A DNA stretch of 60,569 bases, taken from NCBI GenBank assembly GCA_030324005.1, contig JARDVH010000025.1, forward strand, positions 39,613,078-39,673,646, in the 5' to 3' direction. Below the pieces are notes generated by a model. The model saw nothing but the letters and a program-made list of their open reading frames with translations, had not been told where the DNA came from and made no database searches. Origin of the DNA: Negaprion brevirostris. Taxonomy: Eukaryota. This document shows, piece by piece, positions 10,938 through 23,228 of this stretch. Position 1 is the stretch's first letter, and every line of letters starts with the position of its first letter. The position numbers and the translations under genes were made by a program.

Positions 10938-12999
10938 TAAACAGAGGGAGAGTAAAATTCCTGAAATCCATGCTTCAATAGAATGCTACAGTTCCAAATT
11001 CAGAACACCTCCCATTGCACCTGTGTGATTTATTTTATAATTTCCCAAACTGGCCATTTCTGTGACCTCTGAGTGAAAGTGTCAATTTGTATTGAATTAT
11101 GTGTAATTCTGTTCTATGCATCTGAACCCAATGGGAGCTGGACCAAGACTGAACAAACTCATTTCACATTGGTCCTCTAACCGTCATAACAAAGAGAAAG
11201 CCTTTTTCCTGATAGTTTGGGTAGAATTTGATTCCAAATCAAGGTACGTTCTGCCTCCAGTTCCTTAATGGAATTTGGTGTTGATATGATTTGTCTTTAA
11301 AATTCCCAAGGCAAAAGTCAGAGCTTTGGGAGAGTTATTTCCCATAATAGCTATCTGCAAATTTGAAGTATTTTGTTTAAGTTTTCCCGAATGTGTGAAT
11401 AATCAGTTTTTTTAAATGTCACAGACTTTTGCATGTAAATCTTGTGACTAATAAGTTTAATAGCCATGATGTGGAATAATCTTCCAGACCATTAATTTTG
11501 CTATTCCGACTAAATTTCTTTCCAAAAAATTGTATCATTATCTGCCTCAGGTGGATTTCTGCAACGCATTCAGATAAGTTTTCAGATTACAAGTTTAAAA
11601 GACTACAAAGCTTGTTTATATATAAAAGGAAGCTACAGCTACTTCCTTTCCCTCCCCCTTCACATGCGTACTTCCTGACATTATGACGTACTGTTTTGGC
11701 AACTGCCTTGCAGTCCAAAAATGTATTGGGACACACACAAAACACATTAGTTTGACACTGTGGTGTTATTCTTTGAACCTTTATGTAGTCTAACAAAATG
11801 TTGTAGGTCAGAAATTACCATTTCATCCTTTTGTTAACTAGATATATATCATTCGCATCTGAATTGGTTTCTACTAATTAATCAACTATATTTTCAGCCT
11901 AACAGAGGAATCTTCAAATCATCAGATTATTTTGCACGGTATGTCAGTAATGTTTGCCTGGACCAATAATAAACAAAACCTAGGCTAGGGATATTCAGAG
12001 TAAGAAACCTTATGGAACTGCACAATACAAGGGCCACAGCAGGTGGTTGTTGGCACAGAAACAAGAGTGTACGTGTCCACATGGTTCTTTTTCCCAAACG
12101 GGACAATGTAAAGGCATGGCTGATTTAATATGTGCGTAAAAAGAAGCACTTGAGATTTGACACAAATAATGTGGCTATTTTGTGGGAAATAAATTCAGAT
12201 TTTGTTATAACTCATGAAGGCAGATCAAAGGCAAACTTGTTATTATTGTACATGGCAATGTAGTAGTGTTGTCCAAGCATAAAAATGGAGCTTGTACCAT
12301 TGGCACTGAAAAATAAACAGATTTAATAATTTAAGAGCTGATCAACGAACCAATATTAAGAGTCAGACAATGAGAAAATTGATTTAAAATATCAATTTGC
12401 TGACATAAAGGTATGCCAATGAATTGTTACAGAAATAATCTTGGCTTTGTTAAAGGAATTGCTGCCTATGCGGTTACTTCTGTTCTTTAAAAACCTATTT
12501 TGTAAGATTATAATTATTATTCCACATAAGTTTTAATAAAATAGCAATACTTTTTGAAGATGTCTGCTGTCCCTCTAGCAATCCCAAAACCTTTGAACTG
12601 CCCTATTTCCATTTACTGTCTACATTATTGAAAGGTAAGCCACTGACTGCCAAAATAATTTCAGACTATTCATTGGGCGATGAAATCCTTGAAAGCCAAA
12701 TATCAAACAATAAAAAAAGCACAAATGAAGATGGCCCTATAAAATGACAGACTTCAAAGGATGATAAGTTACTGTGACCAAAGGAAAGGAAATCTATAGG
12801 CAGCCATTGGCGGCCCAACTGTGCCATCACAAAAAACAATAGATCAGGTCATAGGAAGTAAGACTGCTTGTTTTTAAAATTAACAGCTGGAGAAAAAAGT
12901 GCTGGAATGGTGCTATTCAAGCACTGTGGTGCATATGTTCATATACCGTATTCTATTAACATATTCTGGTCTAACAAAAAAGCATGCTGAAATATATGT

Positions 13000-13628
13000 G
13001 GGGAAGATGGTGGTGTAGTGGTAATATCACTGAATTGTAATCTCAGGCTAATGCCCTAGGGACGGAGTTTAAACCCTACCATGACAACTGGTGCAATTTA
13101 AATGCATTTAATAAATCTGGTGATGATGAACATGACAACTAACATTGGTTTGTTGCAATAAAAACCCATCTGGTTCACTAATGTCCGTAAAAAGTCTGAC
13201 AACACCAGGTTTAAGTCCAACCGATTTATTTGATAGTACACTCACTAGCTTTCGGGTTAGNNNNNNNNNNNNNNNNNNNNNNNNNNNNNNNNNNNNNNNN
13301 NNNNNNNNNNNNNNNNNNNNNNNNNNNNNNNNNNNNNNNNNNNNNNNNNNNNNNNNNNNNATCAAATAAATCGGTTGGACTTAAACCTGGTGTTGTCAGA
13401 CTTTTTACTGTGTTTACCCCAGTCCAACGCCGGCACACCCACATCATCACTAATGTCCCTCAGGGAAGGGAATCTGTCATCCTCACCTGGTCTGGCCTAC
13501 ATGTGACTGCAGACTCACAGCAACGTGATTCACTCTTAACTGCCCTCCAGAATGGCCAAGTAAGTAATTAGGGTTGGGAAACAAATGCTAGCCTTGCCAG
13601 TGGGGGCCATGTCCCATGAAAGAATGAA
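13000..13628 (+). mobile_element. Deu-domain SINE (SacSINE1-like) split by a Penelope-like insertion
   Basis: tRNA-like head GGTGGTGTAGTGGTAATATCACTG; core AAAAACCCATCTGGTTCACTAATGTCC|CTCAGGGAAGG..CTGGTCTGGCCTACATGTGAC; tail GTCCCATGAAAGAATG. Confidence 0.8.
13187..13446 (+). mobile_element. non-autonomous Penelope-like element with inverted arms, a 38-nt tail and a 12-bp TSD
   Basis: 13187-13234 and 13361-13408 are near-perfect inverted copies; TCACTAATGTCC is duplicated at 13175-13186 and 13447-13458; the centre lies in an N gap. Confidence 0.8.
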
Positions 13629-15008
13629 GAGAAAAGTGTATTTCCTTATGTTTAACTGTCTTCCATTGTCCAACACAGAAACAATTGCTTTTTCGTTCCC
13701 TTGAGCAGAGGCATGTTTCCTCACAATGTTACAGCATTGTATGCACATGTAAAAATGGATATTGCTTTACACATTTTAAAATATATTGTCATAAGTATTC
13801 CAGCCACTTCTTTAAAAAAAGCTGTTATATCAAACATGCAAATCACTTCTGTTCATTCTTCCTCAGTCTTGTCTGCTGATTTACAAGGGAAATTTGCAGC
13901 ATTGTTTGCTACTTAATCTGCGTGCATTTCTGACTATCTGCTTGCCTCAAATTCTCTTGATAAATGGAGAAACAGCTTTTACAGCAAAAAGTGGGATTTA
14001 TTTTAATATTGGTTTTGTGCATCTGGGATACTGGTTCTAATAGTTTCATAAATGTGAAAAAATCAGATTTTTAGTCGTAAAACTGGTCATTCAAAATGCA
14101 GAATATTAGATACCATTAAAATAATTCAGAACAATGTGAAACATGTGTCTTTTATTTTGCAGCTAATGCTCAGCAACAGATAGAGATCAAGATTTTTTTT
14201 AGGTTTTAAATACTGTTTTTCAACTACAAAGCCCAAAGAAAGGATATTGTCCTTTTGAATAAAGCAGATACCTTTTAAATGTAAAAGGAGGACTGAATAG
14301 CATAATGACCTTGAATGTTATTCTTTGACCCAGGAACCTGATTTCGAAAACAGTACAACTGATTGGAATTATATATTCCCTTTCTCTGTTAGCTATTTGG
14401 ATCTTAAATTGGATTGGTGTAATCTGAATCTAATTGTAGGTCAGTTTCATAAAATCAACCCTAATTTATTACTAATTGGAATAAAATTAATAGTTTTCCT
14501 CTGTAGTTCCAAGCTGCATGTGAGTTGGGAAGAGGTTACGTCGTTGTTGCAGGAGTATTCTAAATTCAGGGTTAAGGTATATTTGTTGAGGCAGAGTAGT
14601 CCAAGATTTATCAGCTATTTGACATATACAATTTCTGAACAGAAAGCACTTGTTGCGGCTGACCTCAAGTGCCAGAAATGCCAATATTTTCCTTCTGCCC
14701 ATGTCAATATGCCTGACCTTGAGAATATATTTCACTAAAATATTCATTGAAATGTAAATAAAAATCTAATCTTCACAATTTATATTTTACACCTGAAGTG
14801 ACCCACAATTTCCTGGAACAGCTTAATCTGTCACTTTAAATTGTTGTGTTTTGTAGCCTTTTCTCCCAGAAGTACACTCGCTGCAAGATGTCTTGGAAGT
14901 GTAAGCATAGTGGCATGGGCAGTGGTTTACCCAATCTGCATCAATTAAGGAGCAACTGATAATATTGGCGCAACCTTAGCCATAGAATTCCGAATTTCAA
15001 ACTCTGCA

Positions 15009-15325
15009 TTTTGATTTGATGTATTATTGGCACATTTATTGGTATACAGTGAAAAGTATTGATCCTTACGCTACACAAAGTATACCAGAAGAGAAGGAAA
15101 GGCGAAGGTGCAGAATAAAGCGTTACAGCCATAGCTAGGGTGTAGAGAAAGATCAACTTAATACAAGGTAGGTCCATTCAAAAATCTGATGGCAGCAGGG
15201 AAGAAGCTGTTCTTGAGTTGGTTGGTACGTGATCTCAGATTTTTGTATCTATTTTCTGACAGAAGAAGGTGGACAAGAGAATGTCCAGGCTGTGTGGGGT
15301 CCTTAATTATGCTGGCTGCTTTTCC
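15009..15325 (-). mobile_element. Rex1/Babar LINE 3' end
   Basis: Reverse complement matches the 3' part of the element at 35715-36447 (TNQLKNSFFPAAIR motif and tail). Confidence 0.82.
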
Positions 15326-15580
15326 ACTTATCTCACACTATTCTGAGCCTTGATCTGCTGGCCCTGTCTTGCAAAACTTCCCTTCGCCTCCCAGCAGCTA
15401 GAAGAGTTGCTGTCAGCAGCACTGCCAGCCCAAAGCTCTTCTGTTTCAGCCATGTTATTTTGATTCCAACCACAATCACACTTGTGCTCTCTGAGTGGAA
15501 CGATAACTTGTTAGAAATTAACTTAATTGTAACTCAAACTGATTTTGTCTTGAGGCCATTACATCTATTTAAGATAGAGG

Positions 15581-15706
15581 GGGTTGGGATTTTATAGCTT
15601 CACTTGTCCCAAAGCTAAAATCCCACCTGAAGTCAATGGATCTTTCCATGGTCAGCCCTTCGCCCACTTCAATTCCCCAGCGGGTAGGATGAGAAAATTC
15701 CAGCCA
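15581..15706. mobile_element. short MITE-like element (family shared with 45846-45973)
   Basis: Ends GGGTTGGGATTTTA and AAAATTCCAGCC; internal hairpin GGGATTTTA..TAAAATCCC; homologous to the reverse complement of 45846-45973. Confidence 0.65.
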
Positions 15707-15728
15707 TGGCTTTCATCTGATTAAAATG

Positions 15729-15760
15729 CTCAGGACTAAAACCTAAGTTTTAGTCCTGAG
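15729..15760. repeat. perfect 14-bp inverted repeat with a 4-nt loop
   Basis: CTCAGGACTAAAAC-CTAA-GTTTTAGTCCTGAG. Confidence 0.95.
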
Positions 15761-16127
15761 TTTAAGGTTAAAGTGCATCTTTTCTAAATAGACCATTATT
15801 AGAGATTATTGCTATTTTGGCGGAAAATTCACGAAAGGTCCACACTGTGATGTCTTCAATATCATTTTCCTTGCATTGATTCACTATGAACAAAACAAAA
15901 AGACTTTCCTAATAAAATGTTCCTTCAGATATGAAACCACATTCTTTAACATTGTTCCAGGTCAGGGTAGCACTGTTGATCAATGATGATATTGCTGCAA
16001 TCGTTAGAGATGACGTTGATTAAGGAGATCAGGATATTGGGATCGGTTTGGGTAGAGATGAGGAATAGTAGGGGAAAGAAATCAATAAAGGGATTTAAAG
16101 ACTCCCTACCAGTAACCACAATGTGGG

Positions 16128-16240
16128 GCATAGAACATAGAACATTACAGTGCAGTACAGGCTCTTCGGCCCTCGATGTTGCGCCGACCAGTGGAACCAA
16201 TCTAATGACCCTCTAACCTAAACTATTCCAATGTTATCCA
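16128..16240 (-). mobile_element. CR1-type 3' end running into a gap
   Basis: (CATAGAA)n tail followed by CAGTACAGGCTCTTCGGCCC. Confidence 0.7.
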
Positions 16241-16340
16241 NNNNNNNNNNNNNNNNNNNNNNNNNNNNNNNNNNNNNNNNNNNNNNNNNNNNNNNNNNNN
16301 NNNNNNNNNNNNNNNNNNNNNNNNNNNNNNNNNNNNNNNN

Positions 16341-16462
16341 ATGCTAAATTCTCCCTCAGTGTACCTGAACGTGCTCTGGAGTGTGGTGACGAGGGGAATT
16401 TCACAGTAAATCCATTGCAGCGTTAATGTAAGACTTACTTGCGACTTATAAATAAACTTTTA
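16341..16462 (+). mobile_element. V-SINE subfamily B (alternative tail), 3' part
   Basis: ATGCTAAATTCTCCCTCAGTGTACC..TTTCACAGTAA..GTAAGACTTACTTGCGAC..AAATAAACTTT. Confidence 0.85.
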
Positions 16463-17170
16463 ACTAACCAGCAATGTGCATCTGTGCCCGTGGTACCTTT
16501 TAACTTGATACCAACTTCACATTGTAAAAGGTACAAAATTGCTTTTAGAGATATGACAATCATTTTAAGGTGCTGGGAATGAATTATGTGCAGGGCACAC
16601 CTAAACATAACAAGTGAGAATAATTATGCTGCTCCAAAACTTCAATACCTTTTCTCCTGCAAAATGAGGCATCCCCACCTCTGAGTCTTACCTCTCCCAG
16701 TTTTCTTTAAATAACAAGAAGGTGATCTACATTCAAGGCTAAATTCCCCAATTCAGTGAGGTTTGAAGCCAGCACACTATTGTTCAAACAGGTTTTCAAA
16801 CTGGTGTCAGAATATATTGGTGGCAGCAAAAAGCGACCGGTCTTCTTTGATGTTCTGAAGACCAATGTGCAAACTGGAAAAGGGAATTAAATCTGTGAGG
16901 AATATAACTGCATTTTAATTTTTCCAAGTTGGTTTCTATGATTTCATCCCTGGTTAAATCAGAGCCACAACTTGTCTCCTTGGCACCTCACCAATGTGCC
17001 TCATGTGAATATGATGGGCACAGATATCACACATTTAAAGGTATTCCGGGGGACCATGTCTACAGCTGCTAAGCCTTAACTGGATCCAAGCCGGTTGCTG
17101 ATGTTGAACGAAAACACAGCAGTTTTCTTTGCTGGAGAGAGTTTATTGACTTGGCTCCCAGTCAACACGA

Positions 17171-17455
17171 GGGCGGCATGGTGGCACCATGGTTAGCTCT
17201 GCTGCCTCACAGCGCCAGGGACTTGGGTTTGATTCCCCGCTTGGGTTACTCTCTGCACGGAGTCTGCATATTCTCCCTGTGTTTGCCTGGGTTTCCTCCC
17301 ACAATCTGAAAGACGTGCTGGTTAGCACTGTGCATGCTAAATTCTCCCTCAGTATACCTGAACAGCCACCAGACTGTCACTAGTAGGGGATTTTCACGGT
17401 AATTTCATTGCAGTGTTAATGTAAGTCTATGTGTGACACTAATAAATAAACTTTA
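17171..17455 (+). mobile_element. V-SINE subfamily B, full length
   Basis: Head GGGCGGCATGGTGGCACC..GCTGCCTCACAGCGCCAGGGAC, V domain, tail GGGATTTTCACGGTAA..TGTGACACTAATAAATAAACTTT. Confidence 0.9.
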
Positions 17456-17579
17456 GTCCAACACACCAGAGTCCCAGCGTCTGCATTTATAAGTGTACAA
17501 ATACTCATCGCCTCTTTAACAATCTGTTTGCCTGCGATTAGACATTGACACTGTGATTAATAAGACATTGATGCAAAGT

Positions 17580-17788
17580 CGCTAAGCTCTGGAATTCCCT
17601 CCCTAAACTTCTGTACCTCTTGACTGTTACCTTTTGAAGACGGTTCTTAAAGCTTATTTCTATGACCAAACTTTTGGTCACCTGTTCTAGTATCTCTTTA
17701 CCTGATTTGATGTCAAATTCTGTTTGATGACACTCGGGTGCAACACCTTGGCACGTACTGGGGTGTTATATTAATGTCAGTTGTCGTT
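17580..17788 (+). mobile_element. L2-type LINE 3' end
   Basis: LWNSLPK and CTTAAAGCTTATTTCTATGACCAAACTTTTGGTCA motifs, ending TATATTAATGTCAGTTGTCGTT. Confidence 0.65.
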
Positions 17789-18289
17789 AAAAAGAGCAGC
17801 AGCACTAAGAGGGAGGATGCATAGAAACCCCACAACAGGAATTGTTGTTGAAGGTGTGGCATTCTGAAACCAGGCAAGATTCTGTCATCTGTCAGAAGCT
17901 TTGACTTCTTCCCTTGTTTTTCTCATGGGTTGAACAGTTCCCTTTGAATGTGCCTCTGCTGCTGTAAAAAAATTAAGATCAGTTGTGACAATCCAAACAG
18001 GGTGTTTCCCATAGTGAGTCAAAGGGGCACTGTATTCAGAAACATTTGTTTCAATGAAGCAATGCAAGATAATCTACTAGCCTGTGCATTTTCAATGTTG
18101 GGGAGAACATGTAGAGGCACGAGCGATGAAAGAAGGTGCCAGGGTCAACTGTGAAGCTTCTCTTTTTATATCTGGTGGTCTGTACAGTCATGGAAGTACG
18201 GGAGTGCTGCAGGAGAGTGCTGTGATTATTACTGCGGATCTGTTCCCAGACAAGCCACATTGCAGGAGGATGGGCATTGTGGTACCAGA

Positions 18290-18905
18290 ATAGTTGGAAT
18301 ATTGTGTACACTTCTGGGTGCCACAGCATAAGGAAGGATATGAATGCATTGGAGAGTGCAGCAGAGGTTTGCAAGAATGGTGCCAAGGATGAGAAACTTC
18401 AGTTATGAGGATAGAGGTTGGGACTGTTCTCCTTGGAGAGGAAAAGTTAAAATTAATTTATTAGTCACAAATAAGGCTTACATTAAAGCTGCAATGAAGT
18501 TGCTGTGAAATTCCCCTAATCACCACGCTCCAGCGCTTGTTCAGGTCAATTCACCGAAACAGAAGGCTAAGATGAGATTTGATAGAGATACTCAAAATCA
18601 CGAGGGAGCTGGACAGAGTGAATAGGGAGAAACTGTTCCCAATCATGAAAGGATCAAGAATGAGAGGGCACAGATTTAAGGTGGTTTGCAAAAGAAGCAA
18701 ACATGATGTAAGAAAATCTTTTTCACGCAGTGAATGTTGAGGTCTGGAATGCACTGCCTGGAAATGTGGTGGAGGCAGGTTCAATTGAGGCATTCACGAG
18801 GAAATTAGATGCTATTTGAATAGAAACAATATGGTGGGGTGTGGGGAAAAGGCAGGAGAATGGCATGATGCTCATTTGGAGATCTGGGTGCAGACATGAT
18901 GGGCC
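18290..18905 (+). mobile_element. CR1 LINE 3' part, with a subfamily B SINE tail nested at about 18446-18550 (minus strand)
   Basis: LEYCVHFWVP..RKDMNALE, SYEDR..LFSLER, then RRLR.DLIEILKI and WNALP motifs. Confidence 0.85.
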
Positions 18906-18993
18906 AAGAGGGGAGGGGGTGGCAGCACTGTTCAGGTGCTCACTATTTCCCTGCATTGTACCCAAGCATTATCGAGGAGCCCCTTCATCTCGT

Positions 18994-19170
18994 TAAAGTT
19001 TAAAGTTTCTTGATTATTGTCACAAATAGCCTTGCTTTAACACTGCGAAGCTACTGTAAAAATTCTCTAGGTGCCTGTTTGGGTACACTGAGGAAGGATT
19101 TAGCATGGCCAATGCACCTAACCAGTACGTCTTTCAGACTGTGGGAAGAAACTGGAGCATTGGGAGGAAA
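18994..19170 (-). mobile_element. V-SINE subfamily B, truncated
   Basis: AAAGTTTAAAGTTT..TTGTCACAAATAG..TTTAGCATGGCCAATGCACCTAACC..GTGGGAAGAAACTGGAGCA. Confidence 0.8.
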
Positions 19171-19241
19171 CATGTCTGTCATGGGGAAGGTGTTAAAATC
19201 GATCATTGAAGAGGTTATAGCTAGGCACTTAAGTAAGTTCA

Positions 19242-20600
19242 AGTTTTCCTCCTTGACCCCAAGGCAGTCCCTTGGGGTCAAGGATGACTTATTTCCACTC
19301 CAGGGAGGCGGCTGAATAATCTAATCCTGGAGCTGCAGATTCAACCACAGGTTTGGCAGGTAGTGTTTGATGAGTTGGGTGGGTCGTTCTGGATTCTGCA
19401 CTCTCTTTCTGCTCCTTGTACTTTGGCCTCTGTGTGCTCCACCCAGTGACATTCAAGGTGCTTGGCACCTTTGTAGCTGCTTCTTCTCCAGTTTGTAAGT
19501 TCTCAGGCAAGCAATTCCCATATGTCAATGGGAATGTTGCATTTATTTAGGAAGGCTTTCAGAGTGTCCTCGTTGCATTTCCTCTGCCCTTCTAGTGACA
19601 CTTGCCATTGCAGAGCTCGGAGTAGACCACTTGTTTCGGGAGTCTTGTGTCAGGCAATGTGGCCTGATCATCGGAGATAGTCGAGCATGACCAGTGCCTT
19701 GATACTGGGGACATTGGCCTGGGGGANNNNNNNNNNTGTTGGTGATATCTCTCCAGGGATTTGAGGTGTCTGCTGTACATTGTCCATGTTCCTGATGCAT
19801 ACCGGAGGGCAGGGATGATAGCTGCTCTGTAGACCGTGAGCTTGGTGCTGGATTTAAGGTCTCAGTCTTCAAATATTATTCCTCAGATGTTGGAAAAATG
19901 CACTGGCAGATTGGAGTCGATCCTGGATTTTATTGTCAATGTCTGCTTGCATCGAGAGGAGGATCCAGAGTTATGGGAAAAGATCCACTTGTCCAGGAAT
20001 GCACCATAGATCTTGATGGTTTGGGGGGTAGTTTTTGGTGGCAGGAGCAGGCTGGTCGAGAACCGTTGTTTTCTGGATATTTAGTCTACAGCCCAGTCTC
20101 CAATATGCCTTGGTGAGTACATTGATGGTTTGTAGCTCAGTCTCTGAATTTGCACACACGCTGGCATCTTCTGCATACTGCAACTTAATGACAGAGATTG
20201 GGATGGTCTTGTTTCTGGCAGCTGAACAATTTTCCGCTTGTCTGGTAGGTTAGCTTCACTCCAGTGGAGAGTTTCAGGGTGATGGGGTGGATTGTTACAA
20301 TGAGAAAGATGGAGAGAGTGTTGGTGCAACGACACAGCCCTGCTTGACCCCAGTTTGAACCCACATTGGGTCTGTGGTGATTATTGTTGGTGAGGATCAC
20401 AGCTTGCGTGTCATCGTGAAACAGGCAGAGATTGATTACAAATTTCTACTGAAGCCGAATTTGGGGAGGATGTTCCACAACTCCTTGTGTTTGACAGAGT
20501 CAAAAGCCTTTGCAAGACCCAAGAAGGCCATGTATAGAGGTTGATGCTGCTCCCTCAACTTTTCCTGGACTTGTTGTACACAAATACATTGTGCTTCTTG
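19242..20600 (-). mobile_element. RTE-clade (BovB-like) LINE, 5'-truncated and frameshifted
   Basis: QVQEKLREQHQPLYMAFLGLAKAFDSV..LWNILPKFG, QYAED (YADD box), LPDTRLPKQVVYSEL; 15-bp hairpin at the 3' end (19250-19284). Confidence 0.9.
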
Positions 20601-22217
20601 ATGGGCGGAAGGCGCTCTGAAACATAATCTTAGAAGGAGCATGAACTGTGCTTAATATTTATTTTGTAGAATTATTGCAACCAGAAATTCTGTGCTACTT
20701 TCCCCTCCTGCTAAACAGAACTCTTTATCAATAGTTTCATACACATGCTATGTAAATAAATCCCATTATGGTGATGTTAAAATGGGAGATATGGGAGGTT
20801 GATGATAGTGCTGGAAGTATTTTCTTCTGACTGTAAACAGTTAAAATATTTTAATAATTTTTGATTGAAACCTCCAAAAAAGGGACTAAAGTATGAATTG
20901 CAAAATAAAATGAATAGGTGGTCTCAACTGCTTTGATGTACTCCTAATATTGGAGTGCATAAATTTAAGATGTTTTATAAGGCTTCCCTGATAGCATTGG
21001 AAAAGCATTGTCTTATCCCCCAATTTCATGAAAAATACTAACCATTTTGCTGGATGCTGCGTGAATTTCCAAGATCTTCAAGTTCTGTAGCAATACACCC
21101 CCATATCTAAAGCATTTGACTGTTTTAATGATCAGGCCTTTGACTTGGTTTCTTAAAAGCTGTGTTACACTTATTTTATCTTGTTGATTAGAAAGTTTGG
21201 TTCTGTGATCTGTGGAATATATCCTTAGTTTGAAGCACGGGGCAGTGATAAGGGAGGGATAGGAGAGGTGGGGGAGGGGGGCTCCTGGATTGGGTGCACA
21301 CATTCTGGGATTGGCATGGTCTCACATTTGAACCCTGCCAAAAATTCTAAGACCTGTCCAATCTAGCAAGGAGATATCATGCAGCTGGTAGTCCAGTTAT
21401 AATGTTGGCAGTGGAGGATGAAATAGATAAAGGAGATTTGCAACTTGAAAGAGTGGGCATGTGTTGCTAGTTGACATTTGCCTTACTTACTAAGTCGTCT
21501 CCGACATAAATAGTTCAGTCCTGCTGTGCAGACAGCAATGGGTGAATGTCATGACCTATATTTTATAGTCTGTTTCAACTGTCATGGATGCCCTTTGTTC
21601 AATTAGCAATTTTCAATTACATGCCCAGGACTTCCATTCTCTCTGAAGTGTATAAATGCACCAAATGTTTGGTGATGGTGTATAGTGTGTGTCTTATCAT
21701 ATCCAATCCACTGCTTCTTTTAAGTGATGTCCTTCCCTGAGCACTAATGTGATGCCAGACTTCTTATTGCCAACTAGAACTTCATGGCATGTTGCTTCCA
21801 GTGTTGTTTATAAGCTGCGTATCATTGTATGCTGGCTACCAGCTTTGTTCCTCTGATTTGTCACTTCAGGCCATAGTGGGCAGACTCGGTTTGACAGATA
21901 TAGTAACACTCTGAAAGCTATTGGCTTTATGTGTTTTCCATTCTGTTGTAGCCTAGTTGAATGTAAAGCTGTGTGCATGGAAAGAGATGTCACCACTATA
22001 AAGGTTGAAGTCTACAAACAATGAGATCTAGGGAGAGATCTCACACCTAATTGAATCTCTCCCTGAAAGATTCCCGTAGATTGGACCACATGGACTCAAC
22101 AGCTTCATTGGGAACATTTCAGAGACAAACTCCCATCTATGAACTGAGAGAAAGAGAAAAGAAACATAATACTATGGTTGCAATATGGCAAAAGCTTTGA
22201 TATAGGTGAGATTATAA

Positions 22218-22410
22218 ATGGGGGTAAATTTAACCTAACATACCCATCAGGAAACTGACGAGGTTGTGTTGAATGCTGTTGTTAAACCCTGCCTAATCTC
22301 ACTTTTATTTGAAGTCAGCAGACAGAGTGTGATACTTGTGGAGCTGGATATCAAACTGGCATGTCAACTTTTTTATTCCCACCAATGAATTAAGTTAAAA
22401 TTACTCTCAT
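22218..22410. mobile_element. palindromic MITE-like element
   Basis: Terminal inverted repeats ATGGGGGTAAATTTTAAC and GTTAAAATTACTCTCAT. Confidence 0.6.
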
Positions 22411-22957
22411 TCTGAGTGCTGTGTCAAATATTTTGCTGAATAAAAAGTTTGCCATGATATTACTGAGATTAAGTAGAGAAAGGTACTAGCAGTGAAGTTG
22501 CACCAAATCAATGACCCCTCCCCTCTCCAACCCTCCCCCCACTTCAATGAATAATCTAACCATAATTTGAAGAGGATTGACTTGCTCTCCAGCAGCAACC
22601 AAGTCAAAGGTTGCCAAATGAGGCTTGACCAATTTCATGGTTGGGCCTTATTTCCATGCCATCAGCAAGCTACTTATTCAAACTGAGTGTTGAAAATTTA
22701 CTGGCTGCACTAAGAAGCCCATTCAGTATAAGAAGGTGAGGGAAATGGAGGTTAATTCATAGGAGGCCATATGGAGTTTTGCATTTTGGAGGCTAGCTTT
22801 TCAGCTTTGATGCAATTTTTACACCTGAAATGTACCTATGATTTTAAATGGTCTCTGCAAAAGTTCCTTTAAGAACCACAGGTAGGCCCTACTACAAAAT
22901 ATGCATGCTATTCCCATTGGTATTGAAGGCATTCCAAAAACTGAAGCCACTTCAGAG

Positions 22958-23228
22958 TGTGGGACGGAGATAAGGAGACATTTCTTCACCCAAAGAGTGG
23001 TGAGCTTGTGGAAATCATTACCATAGGAAGCAGTTGGTGCCAAAACATTAAATGTATTCAAGGGGCAACTAGATATAGTGCTCGGGATGAATAGGATCAA
23101 AGATTATGGGAAAAAAGCAGGATTAGGCTATTGAGTTGGATGATCAACCATGATCGTAATGAATGATGGAGCAGTTTCGAAGGGCCAAATGGCCTCCTTC
23201 TGCTCCTATCTTCTATATTTCTATGTAT
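22958..23228 (+). mobile_element. CR1 LINE 3' end
   Basis: EIRRHFFTQRVVSLWKSLP and 3' UTR GAAGGGCCAAATGGCCTCCTTCTGCTCCTAT..TTCTATG. Confidence 0.88.

Noticed and set aside
12600-12640. Consensus donor AAG|GTAAGC as an alternative first exon
   Set aside because: The phase-0 frame needed to join exon 2 has a TGA directly before the last codon.
14325-14738. 137-aa ORF
   Set aside because: Non-ATG start, AT-rich intronic sequence, no recognisable domain or splice support.
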